Below, piece after piece: positions 25,656 to 39,985 of a DNA stretch of 64,000 nucleotides (position 1 is its first letter; every line of letters starts with the position of its first letter). Location of the stretch: positions 69,416,680 through 69,480,679 of the forward strand of contig JAUZTB010000002.1 in assembly GCA_034780895.1 (NCBI GenBank). Direction: 5' to 3'. The stretch is from Rhynchobatus australiae. Its lineage: Eukaryota. A program made the translations under genes and the position numbers. The notes under the pieces were generated by a model, which was given only the letters and a program-made list of their open reading frames with translations, searched no databases and was not told the origin of the DNA.

Positions 25656-28214
25656 AGCAAACAACATTATGGAGTAGACTGCACTGGACTATGTTCTCCA
25701 AACAAAATCATCACCAGCATTCCTTGTACACATGCACTTACCTGGCCTGTCTTTGGACCTCATTCAAAAGGCACAAAGGCTGAACAATAACTGCAGAGAT
25801 CCTGCCCTTGAAATGCCCTGCCTTTTAATGAAAGCGAAAGTAGGAGTAAACTTCTGCTATCAAAGTCGTCATCGTTTTAAAATGTCTTAAATGACCCAAA
25901 CATCAAAGAACCAGTTAGCATTGAAATAAATGAAAAACATATCATTGAAAACATTAAACTAAACCAATCAACTTGTCTTTCCCTCTGTATCTGCAAGTCT
26001 ATTGAAATCAATGGATCTTGGTTCCTGCTCCAGAAAAACCCAAAAGATCAGAGCAATGATTCTCCAGCATAATGCAAAGGAATTCCAGCCAATAGCCTCT
26101 ATGGGAAGTCCAAGAGTATATTGACCATATAGTGACAGCCAGACTCAATTCCATCACTAAATCAGTGCATACATATGCAAGCTCAGAGTTTGATTTAGCT
26201 GAAACTACTAGTCCTTGCCAGCTATTTAGCCTCATACAAAAGGAGAAAAATAAAACATACTTTGAATCAAGAAAACGGAAGGCTTTTTTTTAAAGCTGTG
26301 AATAAGCTTCAAGAGTTCATGGAATGAAGGGAAGAAATGGATTTGAGGAAAACATTAACTTCAGATATTTTAAACTGGTTGTAAAATGGCCCTTTACCCG
26401 AAAGCACATGGAGAGGGTGAGTGAAAACAATAAGTGTTTTCTAAAACTCAACTGAATGTTTTGTCAAAGGACCTCCTCATCACACATCACTGAAATCCAA
26501 ATCTACAAATTCAAAGTAAACCAATAATGCTTCAGCACAGAAATCCTATCCAATGTTTTGAGTCACATATCAAAAATTAATTTTTCAGAACAAAGGGGCT
26601 TGTAATGTTACAACCACAATGCCTAGATGGAAAGTCCAGACAGAAATCTAAAAAAAATCCTCATTATCACAGCTGTTATAAACATTTGGTTCAGTTTACA
26701 TTTGGCACTGAGCTCCATAGATTTTAATCGTGAAGTTGTTTTTCCAAGTCAATACATCTTTGTTAGGGGCAGGTATATTATTTGAAGGTCAAAACAAAAT
26801 ATTATATCTTTTAAAGGCCAATTGGCTTTAAATACCTTGTTGTTCAGACTTTTAATCCCTTAGCTGCTTATGGGCCATTTTTCAAAGCAACTATGAATCT
26901 GAAATACTAAAGATGTACTTATTAAAATTACTGAAAACAAAACCTTCAGCTCATGGTGAATGTTCAATAAGTAGAAACCAATTCTAAAGANNNNNNNNNN
27001 NNNNNNNNNNNNNNNNNGACAATTCACTTGCATTGTTTGGGTCAGTGACATTTTAGTGCAATTCTAAATTTTGTCGACACAAAATTCTCCTCCAAAAAAA
27101 ACCACTAAACTAAATCTGTTCCATAATCATTTGTCACAGATGAAATTTTATTATATACAGCCAAGAAGCACTGCTCATATCAACCCAGACTTAATACCCA
27201 AATACATCAAACCCAAAATAAGTCAAATAAAATCTTGGATAATAAACAAATGCACCAAAACAGAATAATTAGTCTAAAATTGATAGTCTGAATAGTTAAT
27301 AATTTATCCTTATTTAACTAATGATTATTTAACCTCAACTTCTGAAAATACCATGTCAGCTATGAAGTCTTCCAGGACAAATGTATTATTATTAGGCTAA
27401 TTCTGATTTCAACCAAGTTTTACTGATGTAAAAACTGAGCACAAATATAAAAAGCAAACACTGTGTATAGTTGTGTAAACATACATGTCTATTTAAAGAG
27501 ACATCCTATACTGCCACATTGTTAACAGTCATTACTCAAGGGGAGTAACTGACTTAATTAAAATAATTTACCACTATTTAGGCCCCAATTTATCAAATCC
27601 GACATGAAGTATAAATCATGAAGTTCCCATCATAAAAAACTGTGGCAAAATGTTTCTTTAAAGCAGGCTTCACTAAGAAAAAAGCTCATTTTGAACAAAG
27701 TGTCACATATTCACTATATTACAATTTAATAAAATAAGTTCCTTCCATGTTGGTTGACATTTTTTGGAACATTCAAACAGTTCAAGGCATCCAAAGGTGG
27801 GCTGGAGCAGGGGTGGATTGAGGAGGATTCGTGACATCATTTTCCATTCATTTCCCCAATTCAAAAACTCAAAATGCTATGGCATATTTAGCATTAACCA
27901 GATAACAAATTTGATATAGTTAGAATCAAATCAAGGACAAGGAACCCAAACATCATTCGCTCAGATAGATTCACACATGATCCTCAGATGCTTTATCAAA
28001 TGCTTTCAAGTATTGGTTTTTGTTGAGAATGACTTCATGTTTGTTCCTGTGAGGAATGACTTGCAGCTATTGCACACAGCAGTAACCAAACCCCAATGTA
28101 ATGGCAGTGAAATAGTTGGATGAAAGATAGACGCACCCCTAACATAAATGGTATTGATTGCTTCAAACTGGACAAATTAAATTAATTCTTTGTAAAAAAA
28201 ATTCAAAAAACTTT

Positions 28215-28325
28215 AGGTACTTGAAATCTGAAACAAAAAAGGCTGGAAGTGCTCAGAAGGTAGACAGCAACTAGGAAAAGAGAAACAGTTACTATTTCAG
28301 GTTGAAGACCCTTCTTCAGAAGATT
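28215..28325 (-). mobile_element. Penelope-like terminal repeat relic with hammerhead core
   Basis: Minus strand: CTGAAGA-agggtcttcaacct-GAAA-tagtaactgtttctc...ctgagcacttccagc. Confidence 0.65.
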
Positions 28326-31300
28326 CTTGGGAAAGCCAAAGGAAAACAAGGACAATTCTAAGCTGCAGAGAAGGTGGGGTGGAGGTAAGAAAGATGAACA
28401 ATACAAGAAACAACTCTTTCAAGATTAATTCTTTGATATTTGTTTAAATGCACATGTTGATCATTGTTAATACATCTTGGGAGAGGAGTCTTGCATCGAA
28501 ATTTACTGTACACCTTGAGGGCTAACCACTNNNNNNNNNNNNNNNNNNNNNNNNNNNNNNNNNNNNNNNNNNNNNNNNNNNNNNNNNNNNNNNNNNNNNN
28601 NNNNNNNNNNNNNNNNNNNNNNNNNNNNNNNNNNNNNNNNNNNNNNNNNNNNNNNNNNNNNNNNNNNNNNNNNNNNNNNNNNNNNNNNNNNNNNNNNNNN
28701 NNNNNNNNNNNNNNNNNNNNNNNNNNNNNNNNNNNNNNNNNNNNNNNNNNNNNNNNNNNNNNNNNNNNNNNNNNNNNNNNNNNNNNNNNNNNNNNNNNNN
28801 NNNNNNNNNNNNNNNNNNNNNNNNNNNNNNNNNNNNNNNNNNNNNNNNNNNNNNNNNNNNNNNNNNNNNNNNNNNNNNNNNNNNNNNNNNNNNCTATCTC
28901 ACTCATTCCCACAAATTAAATGGCAATTTCTTACTATGAAATAGCATTACATATTTACAGCAATACAGATATAACCTTTCCTTCCCTCATTGCGCACAGT
29001 ACTTTACGAAAAGATGCAGAGGAGGAACATAGATTCAAAAACAGTAAAACAGTCAATGAGACTTGTTTTGAGGGGTTCAGAGAAGATTTTCATATTTTTT
29101 GATAGTGGCATAATCTCAAAGTTCAGTTTCAATTTCTAAAAATAAGTCATATTTGGCATTGTGGAATTATAGCTAGGACAATTTGGAACTGTTAAAGTAT
29201 ACTTTTGCTGAGAACAACAAAATACTACAAATTCATTTACAGAAGGTTAAATTATGGGCTAAATGTTCTCCTCTATTAATGTATTACTCAACGATGAGGT
29301 TTTTTTTAAAAAAAGGCTAATGTGTGCACTCAGGAACATTTTTGCCAGATTTCAAAGCCAAGCTTGGGTTACAACTGTTCGGGGAAAAAGTTCCTTAAAG
29401 TTTCCTTACCTCCCTCACCCCAGCAAAAATTAGAGCATATTTCTACCTAAAAATGAATTAGGAAGACAACAAAGCAGATACCGAGATGAGAATTATGCCA
29501 TTATTATATTACTACATTGCGAGTGACTTGACCACTGGGAACATTGTCAGATCCCTTTTAAGTGAAATGCGTGCAAGAACAAAGATGCTGCAAAATTTAC
29601 AGTTCAATAAAATTAGTTTGACTCCACCCACTCCAATCATCTTGCCAGAATAGTCATCCACTTGAGTTTGAGAAGACCAACCCTTACAATACCATTCAAA
29701 TACTTACAGCATTACACTAGTTTATTCTGCAATACAAACTTTTTTCTTCCTCAAATTTATAAATTAGAGCTCAAGTCTTAAATGGATGCATCAGATTCAT
29801 ACCACTTTGGAATTATTCAGTTGTATTGAGGATACGTGACATCTAAACATATATACACACACCCAGCAGCAATTTCATTATTTTCCTCCTGTAAGGACTT
29901 ACCTGGTTCTGCAAATATACAACTTAACCATTTATTGTTGACATCTGTAACATTCTCAGCTGGTGCATGCAGTAACATAGCAAGTTAGAATATTACATTA
30001 ATTCACACAAGTTAATAAATGGGGAGACTGAAAGCAGTCCTTTTTNNNNNNNNNNNNNNNNNNNNNNNNNNNNNNNNNNNNNNNNNNNNNNNNNNNNNNN
30101 NNNNNNNNNNNNNNNNNNNNNNNNNNNNNNNNNNNNNNNNNNNNNACCCCCCCCCCCCCCCCAACCACACTGAACTAAGGTATGGCTGTGTCCTACCATG
30201 GTTCATGTGTTGACCAGTCATTTTAACAGCCACCAAGAGAAAGATCGCCATCACAACCAAATGCAGTTCATCTAGAGAAATCCAGTTTTGGCAGATTCAA
30301 CAGGGATCCATGGCTCAGAGACATCTTTCAAAACAACCCCCAAGTTGCTGACTTAAGCTGCAATTGAGTCAACCATTTTAAAACCAAACTGATTTCTCCC
30401 CCACTTTAATTTACCAAATGCTTAAGGTCAGTGATCCACAAACTGCACTAAAAAACACACAAAAGCAACAAACTTTCCTGATGTGTTCCAGCCAATAATA
30501 TGGAAATACCAATTCGGAGTAGTGCCATTGTTGAACTTGTATACTAGTATAGGTGACTGTGTTTAAATAGGTCAAAATGCTGAGAAAGCTGGTATAAGTC
30601 AAGTAGTTTGCAACTGTATTAAGTTCTTAAGGCAAGCTCAAGGATAGTTGCAACCCAAAATTAACTTTACATTTTTCCCCAGAAAGGTTAGAAGCAGAGC
30701 AGCTGTATTACCCTATGCCAAATAATCTGGTCAAAGTGAAAATTTGAACTATTAGTGATCCATAAATCAACCCAAGAAACAGTCTAAAAGACCAGTCATT
30801 TTCAGCTCAGTTGAGATTATTTTAAAGTTAACAATGCTAAAAACATCATATAAACTGAATAGCATGTTACTAATATTAATCTAGTTGCTTTCATTACCCA
30901 TTGATAAATAATACAAACAGCCGATCACCGAGTTGAACTGCTAGATAATGAGATGCAATGAAAATTGAAAGCAGTCACCACAAGTATCGTGTGGAACGTG
31001 CCATTTCCCTGCAATGAAATCTTACATCTCTGAAGTCCAAATAATGCTGCATTACTGCACTTGTGTTAAAACATTTGCTTTCAACACATGCAATAAACCC
31101 AACTCCAACTAGAGACATCTGCCATGATAATATTCTGAATAAACCCCTGCAAGTAATCACCCACATGGAACATTCCAATGAAGTAACCAACTGGAAAATA
31201 GTAAAAGCTAACATTCACTGAAGGGTAATGTCATTGACACATCTTGTAATATTTTCCAGTTTACACCAACATGTTGACAGATGATTTGCTTTACAAGTTA

Positions 31301-31679
31301 ATTTTCTTTATGGAAAGGAAGCTTAAGGTACTTTTAAAGCAAGATTTGATCTGATCTTTGGATGTACAAGATACCCTACTTCAAAGGCAATTGGAAAACA
31401 TGACCCAATGTGTAATCCATAAACATGTTGGTATCAAGTACATTTTGCTAATTTAGATGCTGTTAGCTGGTTTCAACATGTTGTAGCTTTACAGTAATTG
31501 GATACCACAAAAGAGAGAGATCAGTCAAAATATACAACCTGAGCTTCATGGTTTCTTGTCTATTCCACAATTGCTCATCTTTGTATTCCACCATAGATAT
31601 GTAATATTAATGTAGCCACTGATTATTAGCTGGCCTACATGCTCATTAGTCATATTTGACACATAATTATAACACTCAA

Positions 31680-32380
31680 AGCTCTGTACAAATGAGAGAA
31701 AGACATGTCTGCTCTTGTACTCAAATCCTCTTGCAACAAAAGCCAACATACCATATCCTAATTGTTTTATCATACCTGAATATTAACTTTGTTATTTGTG
31801 TTCAATGACATCCACTTCAGTTGGAAAACCAAAATCTTTCAAGTTTTGCCTTTTTCTTTTGCGTCTAAAGCCCAACACATTTTTGCATTACATTTCATCT
31901 GACATGTCTTTGCCCATTCTATTTCCCTCTGAAGCCTTGCTGTATCACCCTCAGTCCTCACTGTTACCAGGCTTTGTGATATCAGCAAATTGGATATATT
32001 GTATTTGAACCCCCATTCTAAAATCATAGATACAAATTGTCAACAGGCAGGACCACAGCACACCATTATATCTCACCTAAAAGCTAGCTATTTATTCCTG
32101 TTTTCCATCTGTTAACCAACCTTCAAACCATTCCAGTATATTACCCCCAATACTACATATTCCACTTTTATTTAACACCTCTGATGACTTACTGAAAACA
32201 TTCTGAAAATCCAGATATACTGGTTTGGCCTTATCCATTCTGCTAGTAATAACCAGACGAATTCCAACAGATTTGTCAAACGCTACTTCCCTTTCATAAA
32301 TTTATGCTGACTCATTTATGCTGACTCTACCGAGATTATTTTCCTCAAGTGCACTATTACCATCTAATAATGGACTCCCT
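31680..32380 (-). mobile_element. CR1-like LINE RT-region fragment
   Basis: ORF-track relics GMLAFVARGFEYKSRHV and ARLQREIEWAKTCQMKCNAKMC are CR1 reverse-transcriptase C-terminal motifs. Confidence 0.8.
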
Positions 32381-32899
32381 ACGCAGTTGTGATTTTTTTG
32401 ATGTGATGACAAATCAAACACCAGCACTAACCATTGCACTCTACACATTACATGCAAACATCAGCTGGCTTTGCATTACATAGATGGGATATATCAAAGT
32501 CAAGCTTAATTACATTCTTTCTGGATCTTTACATCCATGCATCATTTTGCATCGGTCACTAGAGAAAAGGATAGAAAGACCAAAACTAGAAGGTTCAACT
32601 TGATTTAGATTATGCTAAATGTACTAATTCCCTAAATTCTGCTCAAGTTACTTGATATGTATGTTATGTAATAGCCTGATCACATTCTGCTACATCTCAT
32701 CTATCCTCAAAGAATTCAGAGTTCAACTACTTTCACTACTGAGACCACTGCACACTGCCAAGAGGCCATATAGTCCTCAAATCACCTCCATTTTTCAACA
32801 CGCTCACCACTGATCCAGGGTTTCCATTTACTTTTCCATCTAATTGGCATATTCCATCTCTTGCATAAACTAGTATTTGTTTCCTTTTGCAGATCTATA

Positions 32900-33605
32900 A
32901 ATCCCCTTGAATCCTCCTGTCATTTTCCCTCACAACCACAGGAAGTGCAACACTTATCCCTTCACCTCCTCCCTCACCACCTTTGAGGGACTTAAACAGC
33001 CCTTTCAGATGAGGCAGAGATTCACTTGCACCTCCTTCAACCTGGTCTTTTGCATTCAATGATGTGGCCTCCTCTACATTGGCAAGATCAAATGTAAACT
33101 AGGCAACCATTTTGTTGGCAGAACAGTGCTCTGCAACAGCCATCTCAAGCTTCTACTTGCATGCCATTTCAACTCCCTTTCCTATTCTGACAGGTCTGTT
33201 TTTGGCCTACTCCACTACCAGAGTGAGGTCAAATACAGACTATAAGAACAACCCCTCATATTATTGTTTAGCCCACAGCCCACTGAATTTTCCAATTTCA
33301 GGTAGCACAGGGTGTGGGTTCCTTTCCCACTCCCACCAGTCCAACTCATGTTCTTTCTCCTTTTCCCCACCTTCTCCATCTCTGCCCATCATTCCCCTTA
33401 TCTGGTCCAATCTCTCACTTACAAGGTCCTGTCTCACCCCTCCCACATACTGCTATACATTGCCCATCATTCTTCTTCTTCCCCTCTACACCCTGCCAGT
33501 CCTCAATACAGGGTCTCAAACTAAAATATCAACACATCCCTTTTCCCTCTATGGATTCTGCTCGACCCACTGAGTTCTTCCAGCAGTTCATTTTTAAACT
33601 CCAGC
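32900..33605 (+). mobile_element. Penelope-like retroelement relic (GIY-YIG plus terminal repeat)
   Basis: aagtgcaacacttatcccttcacctcctccctcaccacc...ggcctcctctacattggcaag (KCNT.P.TSSLTT...LLYIGK) is collinear with the 24.8-25.6 kb copy. Confidence 0.8.
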
Positions 33606-33649
33606 TCATCCAATCTTGCCTCACAGCCTCAATTTTCCAGTCCTAGCAA

Positions 33650-34350
33650 CACCTCAAATCTGCTCTCCATTGACACACATCAATTTTCTTTGGTGTGCTG
33701 GCCAGAATTGTGCTCAGTACTCAAGCAGCTAACTGTTGTATTCTTTGCCTCTAATATGAGAATATCCCAAATGCCTTTTTAAACCACCTTAATCACCCAT
33801 CCTACCTTTTAAAAATCCTCAGACATGTACACCAATGTCCCACTGTTCCTCCATGCCTCTCAATGTCCTCCCAAATCTTGTACATTACCTGGTCCTATTG
33901 TAACCACTTTCTTGGTCTAAACTCCATCTGCCACTTTTTGGCCCAAGTCAGCACAAAATCAGTACCTTCCTGTAGTCCACCGCTTTCTCTTTCACCATCA
34001 AATACATTAAATTTTTTTTTAATGTATACTCTGCAAACTTCTTTTATCATGCTCCAGATGTCAAAATCTAAACTAACATAGATTACAAAAGGCATGGAAC
34101 AAGAGAGACCCATGGAACGCCAGTGGTAACAGCCTTTCAGTCCAAAAAAAAGTTACCCTTTGCTTCCTGCCACTAAGCCAATTTTGGATTCAATTTGCCC
34201 CTCACTTGGACTGTGGACTTTTACTATTTTCAGTAGTTGCCATGTAGTATCTTGTGGTCTACATCAAACACTGTCCTCAAACCCACTTGTCAACTCCTTA
34301 AAAAAATTCAGTTCGCTAAACACAACCTTCCCTTCGTAAACCAATGCTGG
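33650..34350 (-). mobile_element. CR1-like LINE fragment
   Basis: Relic LQEGTDFVLTWAKKWQMEFRPRKW (CR1 WAxxWQMEFNxxKC motif). Confidence 0.75.
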
Positions 34351-35979
34351 CCATCAGATTCATTTCCTGCCCAAGCACTGTTAGATTATATCACTGTCCA
34401 AGCAAGAATCTATAAAGGACATTCACATCATACACAATGATCACTGCTTAAATGGAAAGCTATAACATTAAAACACAGTCATCACAAAAATCTTTAAATC
34501 CATTGAAGGATAATCAAACTAATATTATTGACCTCATCACAAGTGCTGAGGCTCTAATTACACTCAGCCAACCCACGAGCACAGGCCACATCATTCACCT
34601 GCCCAACACCAAGCTCCCAAAACAAAATGTAATTTATATTGCCTTCCCCACCCCCAATAATGTAGCGGTTTACATTTCCTAACATTCTACCCATCACCTA
34701 TCCACCTTGTGTATTCTGAAAGCCTATTACTAGCTTCCTCAAAGCTTACTGCACCAAGCTTTGTATCATCTACAAATCTGAAAATTGTGTCCTCTATACC
34801 AAAGTCTTAATCATTAATATGTTTTTTTAAGAAAAGCAGAGGACCACTTAATGATGTTGGGAAGCTCCATTTACATTTCCCTGTAATTCAAAAGAAACCT
34901 GCCTATTATTATTTCCTGGTACTTAGGTACTCCTGCTACTCTATCCATGCTGCTATAGCTTACTTTATTTCATGTCTTCAAATTTAATGACACCTATTGA
35001 GACAACTTTCCTTCTGAGAAACCACTTGTGTCANNNNNNNNNNNNNNNNNNNNNNNNNNNNNNNNNNNNNNNNNNNNNNNNNNNNNNNNNNNNNNNNNNN
35101 NNNNNNNNNNNNNNNNNNNNNNNNNNNNNNNNNNNNNNNNNNNNNNNNNNNNNNNNNNNNNNNNNNNNNNNNNNNNNNNNNNNNNNNNNNNNNNNNNNNN
35201 NNNNNNNNNNNNNNNNNNNNNNNNNNNNNNNNNNNNNNNNNNNNNNNNNNNNNNNNNNNNNNNNNNNNNNNNNNNNNNNNNNNNNNNNNNNNNNNNNNNN
35301 NNNNNNNNNNNNNNNNNNNNNNNNNNNNNNNNNNNNNNNNNNNNNNNNNNNNNNGCAACCTCAGATACAGCCGACCTGGAACAAATGATTATCTACTTAA
35401 AGTACAGCAAGCCTCTCTAGTACCTTTTAATTTTTAGCCCACCCTGGTTCCCAGCAACATCTTCCTTGATAAGTTTCCCCAAATATGTCAACGTTGCTGC
35501 TGTCTTCACACAAAATGGAAGTTAGGAACTTGCCTACATGTTTCTTTATAGATTTACAAAATGTTGGATTTTTTGATTTCACCTGCTAGTTTTATTTTAA
35601 GTGCTTTTTGTTTTTCTAATTTCACTTCATTTCACCTATCACTTACTTTACTCTTGTAGGCTCTCTTGATGTCTGAGACAAGTTAACTGTTATGCTTTAT
35701 CAAAAAGAGGGCTCTGGGCCTGGCAGTCCTACCTTTGTGTAGGAAAATATTTTATTTCAACCTCTTGAGTCACCCTGAACTTTTATTTCTCTAATGCTGA
35801 TGTTCAAGCAGATGTTTGCCAATTATTTCAGTCTTCCAAATAGCCTTCTCCACATTTGAAATCTTTAATTCAATTTTATTGACCTCTTCATAAATATGCT
35901 AAATCTAATTGAATGAAGATCACTACCACGTATTGCTCTCCCACTGATACTCCTTCCACCTGCCCGGCTTCATCAAGTC

Positions 35980-37262
35980 AAGAGTCATAAACACAGAAAA
36001 AGCCCCTTCAACCATCTACATCCAAACTGCTTGTGTACTTATCTACACTAATGCCACTTACCCACTCTAAGTCCATAGCATTCCAGGCCTTTGCAATTGC
36101 TTGTCTAGATTCTTTTAAAATGTTGTGATTGTACCTGCCTATACCACCACCTCAGGCAGCACATTCCAGGTTCCGATCTGTAAGAATAAAATTCCCTCTA
36201 AGATTTTCTCTAAATCACCTACCTCTCACCTCAAACGCTGGACTTAGTCACACCCACCACAGGATAAAGATTTTTTACTATCTACCTTTTCTATTCCCCT
36301 CAATTAGAACCTCTCTTAGGTCACTCCTCTGATCTGTGGAAAACATACCTAGCCTATCCAATTTCTCCTTGCATCTGAAATGCCCCAAACCATGCAACAT
36401 AGTCTTTACCTTCAGCACAATCACATCCTTACTATAGTGTGGCAAGCAGACTGCACACAATACTCCAAGTGTGGCCTAATACTTTATAAAGTTGCAACAT
36501 GACAGCCCAGCATTTATATTTTATGCTGTAACCAATGAAGGCATGCATTCCATGCATCATCTTCGCCACCCATGCTGCTACATTCAGGAATTTATGGATT
36601 TGTACCCCAAGACTCCTTAGCTCATCAACACTCCTTAGGTCCCTACCATATACTGTGCATGGCCTACCCTTGTTTGCCTTCCCTAAATGCATCACCTCAC
36701 TTGTCAGGATCAAACCCCATCTGCCATTGCTTTTCCCAACTTTCCAATTTAATCTATATCCTGCTGAAACCTTAGACAACCCTCCTTGCTATCCATGACA
36801 CTACCAATTTTCATGTCATCAATAAGCTTACTAATCGTACCCCTACATTCACATCCAAATCATGAAGAGCCCCAGCACTGACCTTATGGTACACCACTGG
36901 TTACAGACTGCCAATCAGAAACAGCCCTCCACGATCACCCCTTGCTTCCTATTGCTGCCAATATTGGATCCAATTTGCCAGCCTGTCCTGGATCCCAGAG
37001 GCACAAATCTTTTGGACCAGCCGATCACGAGGGACCTTGTCAAAAGGCCTTAAATGCACTTAGGCAATGTTTACTGGATAGTTTCATCAATATGCTCAAC
37101 AACTACTTCAAAAAAAAATTATTCAATTCAATTAGCAAGACAGGATTTCCACAAACAAAGCCAAGCTGACTGTCCCAAATCAATCCCTGCCATTAATCCT
37201 GTCACTTGGATTTTTTCCCCCTAAATGTTTTCCCAATCACTGATGAAAGATTCACTGGCCTT
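35980..37262 (-). mobile_element. CR1-like LINE 3' half with tail
   Basis: EVMHLGKANKGRPCTVYGRDLRSVDELRSLGVQIHK...VMLQLYKVLGHTW and EKLDRLGMFS; the tail ends with 'tatgactctt' at about 35980. Confidence 0.88.
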
Positions 37263-38667
37263 CAAACCCCAGAACTAAATTCAGGATTGAACTCTGAACA
37301 TCACTGCCCAAGTGCTTTTTACACTGGTTAGAAATTTGGCTACAAATTTGCTCTATTTCCTTTGGACAGTTTGGAGGTCTGTAGTACACTCTCAACATTG
37401 TTATTGCTCAAGATTATTATTCTTTAGGTCAATCTGTACACCCTTAATGATCCTAACANNNNNNNNNNNNNNNNNNNNNNNNNNNNNNNNNNNNNNNNNN
37501 NNNNNNNNNNNNNNNNNNNNNNNNNNNNNNNNNNNNNNNNNNNNNNNNNNNNNNNNNNNNNNNNNNNNNNNNNNNNNNNNNNTCATCTGAAAGCCCTGTA
37601 ATCAGGAACATTAAGGTGCAGGTCCTGCCCCTTTTAATGCTTCAGTAATAGTAAAGCATACTTGCATGTGTCTATCTGCATCTTCAACTTACCAGGGTTA
37701 TTCACTATATCTAAGATACAGGAGGTATATGTCTTAAGCACAGCCAGACTGCTTTTTAATTTTTCCATGAATGAGAATTTTAAGTAATCAGTGTTTGAGT
37801 ACCAAGCACTAAAATGTTCAAGTCATGATTACTTGATCCTGACACCAGACAATATTATACTTAGAACCCCCAACATGCATTTTAACATCAATACCATATA
37901 ATTGAATAAATAGGTTGAATGCAAGACATTTACCTTCAGATAACCTGAAAACTGCATTAAAAGGTAGTTTTCCCTTCTGGTCCAAAAATAGTAACATTTA
38001 AACATGTCCACCTCAAAATTAAAGTGCCAACTATATCCAACTTAGTTTAATAAAGAAACCTAACAAGTTCATTCCACTTTTCAAATACTGAAAAAAACTG
38101 CATTGCATCATGCGNNNNNNNNNNGGCAACTGCTGGTTATAATCACTGCAGCAGGTGCTCCCTCCCACCACCCCCCCCCCCCCCACCCCAACGTCTTTCC
38201 ATTCAGAGAGCTGTCCAAAATCCAGCTTCAAAATGGTCATTTTGTGGTAGGCCAATTTTGCATAATTTACACAATACTGATGGTTCTGGTTTCTAAAAAC
38301 ATTTCTAGACTTCACTCCTTTCTGAGAAGCAATTAGCTTTAAGTTTGGATCAGTTTTAAGACGGTAACAAACTTTTGGCCCACTTTTCCCATACCACACT
38401 CATTGGATTATAAGTGCCATCTATAAACTTCTGCTGACCAATTTAAACCCCTCCAACCTATTTGTTCCAACCCTTTTGAAGTGTCACTGGTCCAGCTTGT
38501 ACTGGCCCCAACTTCCCCAGAATCTAGTGTTCCTTCCCGTACCCTCTCCATCACACATTCACGTGTACTACTCCTTACTTCTGTATTCACTGACATGTGG
38601 AACCAGGCACAACCTCTATTGCTATAGAGGACAAATGCAAATTTGAAGAATAACATCTCATATTCCT

Positions 38668-39165
38668 GAGACACATGGGGCTGGAGATGCTGGAACCAGG
38701 AGCAAAGAAATAAACTGGAGGAACTCAGTGGGTCAAACATCATCTGGTGTGTCTGGGGAGGGAGGGGGGTGAAAGGAGGAAGGAATTGTCAATGTTTTGG
38801 GCTGAGACCCTACATCAGGAAGATAACTGGTAGAAAGAGGGAAAGGGGGAGGGGTGAGACATGGGGCTCTAGGTGATAGGTGGACTAAGGAGGGGTGAGG
38901 GATGATGAGGTAGAGTTGGGAGACAGAGGCAGATGGGTGATAGGTAGAAGCAGGCAAGAAAGAGGACAGATGGAATAGGGGAGGGTGAAAGTGGAGAAAG
39001 CTGCAGGAAGATGATATGGGAACTATTAAGGAGAGATGAAGGGCAGATAGAACAGATCTGGTATCCTGATGTGGGGTCTCAACTTGAAATAACAACAATT
39101 CCTTCCCCCTCCCCACCGATGCTGCTTGACTCACTGAATTCCTCCAGCAGATTTTTGCTATCTCA
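38668..39165. mobile_element. Two Penelope-like terminal repeats in inverted orientation
   Basis: A minus copy (38668-39010, tcctgatgtagggtctcagcccaaaac...) and a plus copy (39064-39165, tcctgatgtggggtctcaacttgaaat...gatgctgcttgactcactgaattcctccagc). Confidence 0.75.
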
Positions 39166-39279
39166 AGGCTTACAACTGAAATGTCACGAACCCTGAATTT
39201 GCCTCTGGTGTTTTTCTGCCACCACACTCGCCTGTCCACCTAGTTTCCTTCTCTCTTTGCTCACTTTTCAAAGTCTCGT

Positions 39280-39752
39280 CTCAAAGTCGCATTTATTGTC
39301 ATATGCACAAGTACGTGTATGAAGAGGTGCAATGAAAAAATCTTGCTTGCAGCAGCATCACAGGCATGTAGCATATAAGCAGCATTCACAAGAAAAAAAG
39401 TTTTTTTAAAAGAAGAAACAACACAATTAGAGCAAAAAAATAAAGTCTATTTTAGTGCAATGTGATCAGAGTGGTCAGTGCTTCTAAACTGTAGTGATTA
39501 GAGTTTTGCAGTTGGTTCACGAACTGAATGGTTGAAGGTGTTGAACCTGGTGGTATGGGACTTCAGGCTTCTGTACCACCTGCTTGAAGGTTGCATGGCC
39601 CAGATGGTGGGGACCTTTGCTGATGGATGTTGCCTTCTTGGAGGCAGCACCTCCTGTAGATACTGCCAATGGTGGGAAGGGATGTGCCTCTGGTGTACTG
39701 GCACAGTCCACTGCTATCTGCAGCTTCTTACATTCCTGTGCATTTGAATTTC
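39280..39752 (-). mobile_element. Rex1/Babar-like LINE 3' end
   Basis: Relics NSNAQECKKLQIAVDCA, PHHLGHATF and YRSLKSHTTRFN (family motif HPGH..LPSGRRYRS..TTRF); tail gacaataaa. Confidence 0.7.
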
Positions 39753-39764
39753 TCACCTTGGCAA

Positions 39765-39985
39765 CCCCCCCCCCCCATCTGATTCCACCTATCACCTACC
39801 AGCATCCATCTCGCCGCCACCACCATGGTCCCCAAACCCTCTCATACGACTATATACTGGCAATGTTTCCTCTTTGCCCTGATGCAGGGCCTTGACCAGA
39901 AATGTCACTTCACAGCTTTTCCTCCTCAGATGCTGCTTGACCCACTTTTCAAATATTCTCTCTTTTGTCTACAATCTGGAGATGA
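39765..39985 (+). mobile_element. Penelope-like terminal repeat relic
   Basis: cCTGATGCagggccttgaccaGAAAtGTC...agatgctgcttgacccac. Confidence 0.7.

Noticed and set aside
28358-28919. Long ORFs across N runs (also at 35.0-35.4, 37.4, 44.4 and 55.1 kb)
   Set aside because: Artefacts of translating assembly gaps.
32300-32327. Tandem atttatgctgactc x2 containing Maf/AP-1-like TGCTGACTCA
   Set aside because: A slippage duplication within a CR1 fragment whose sequence already contains atgctgactc; no evidence of function.
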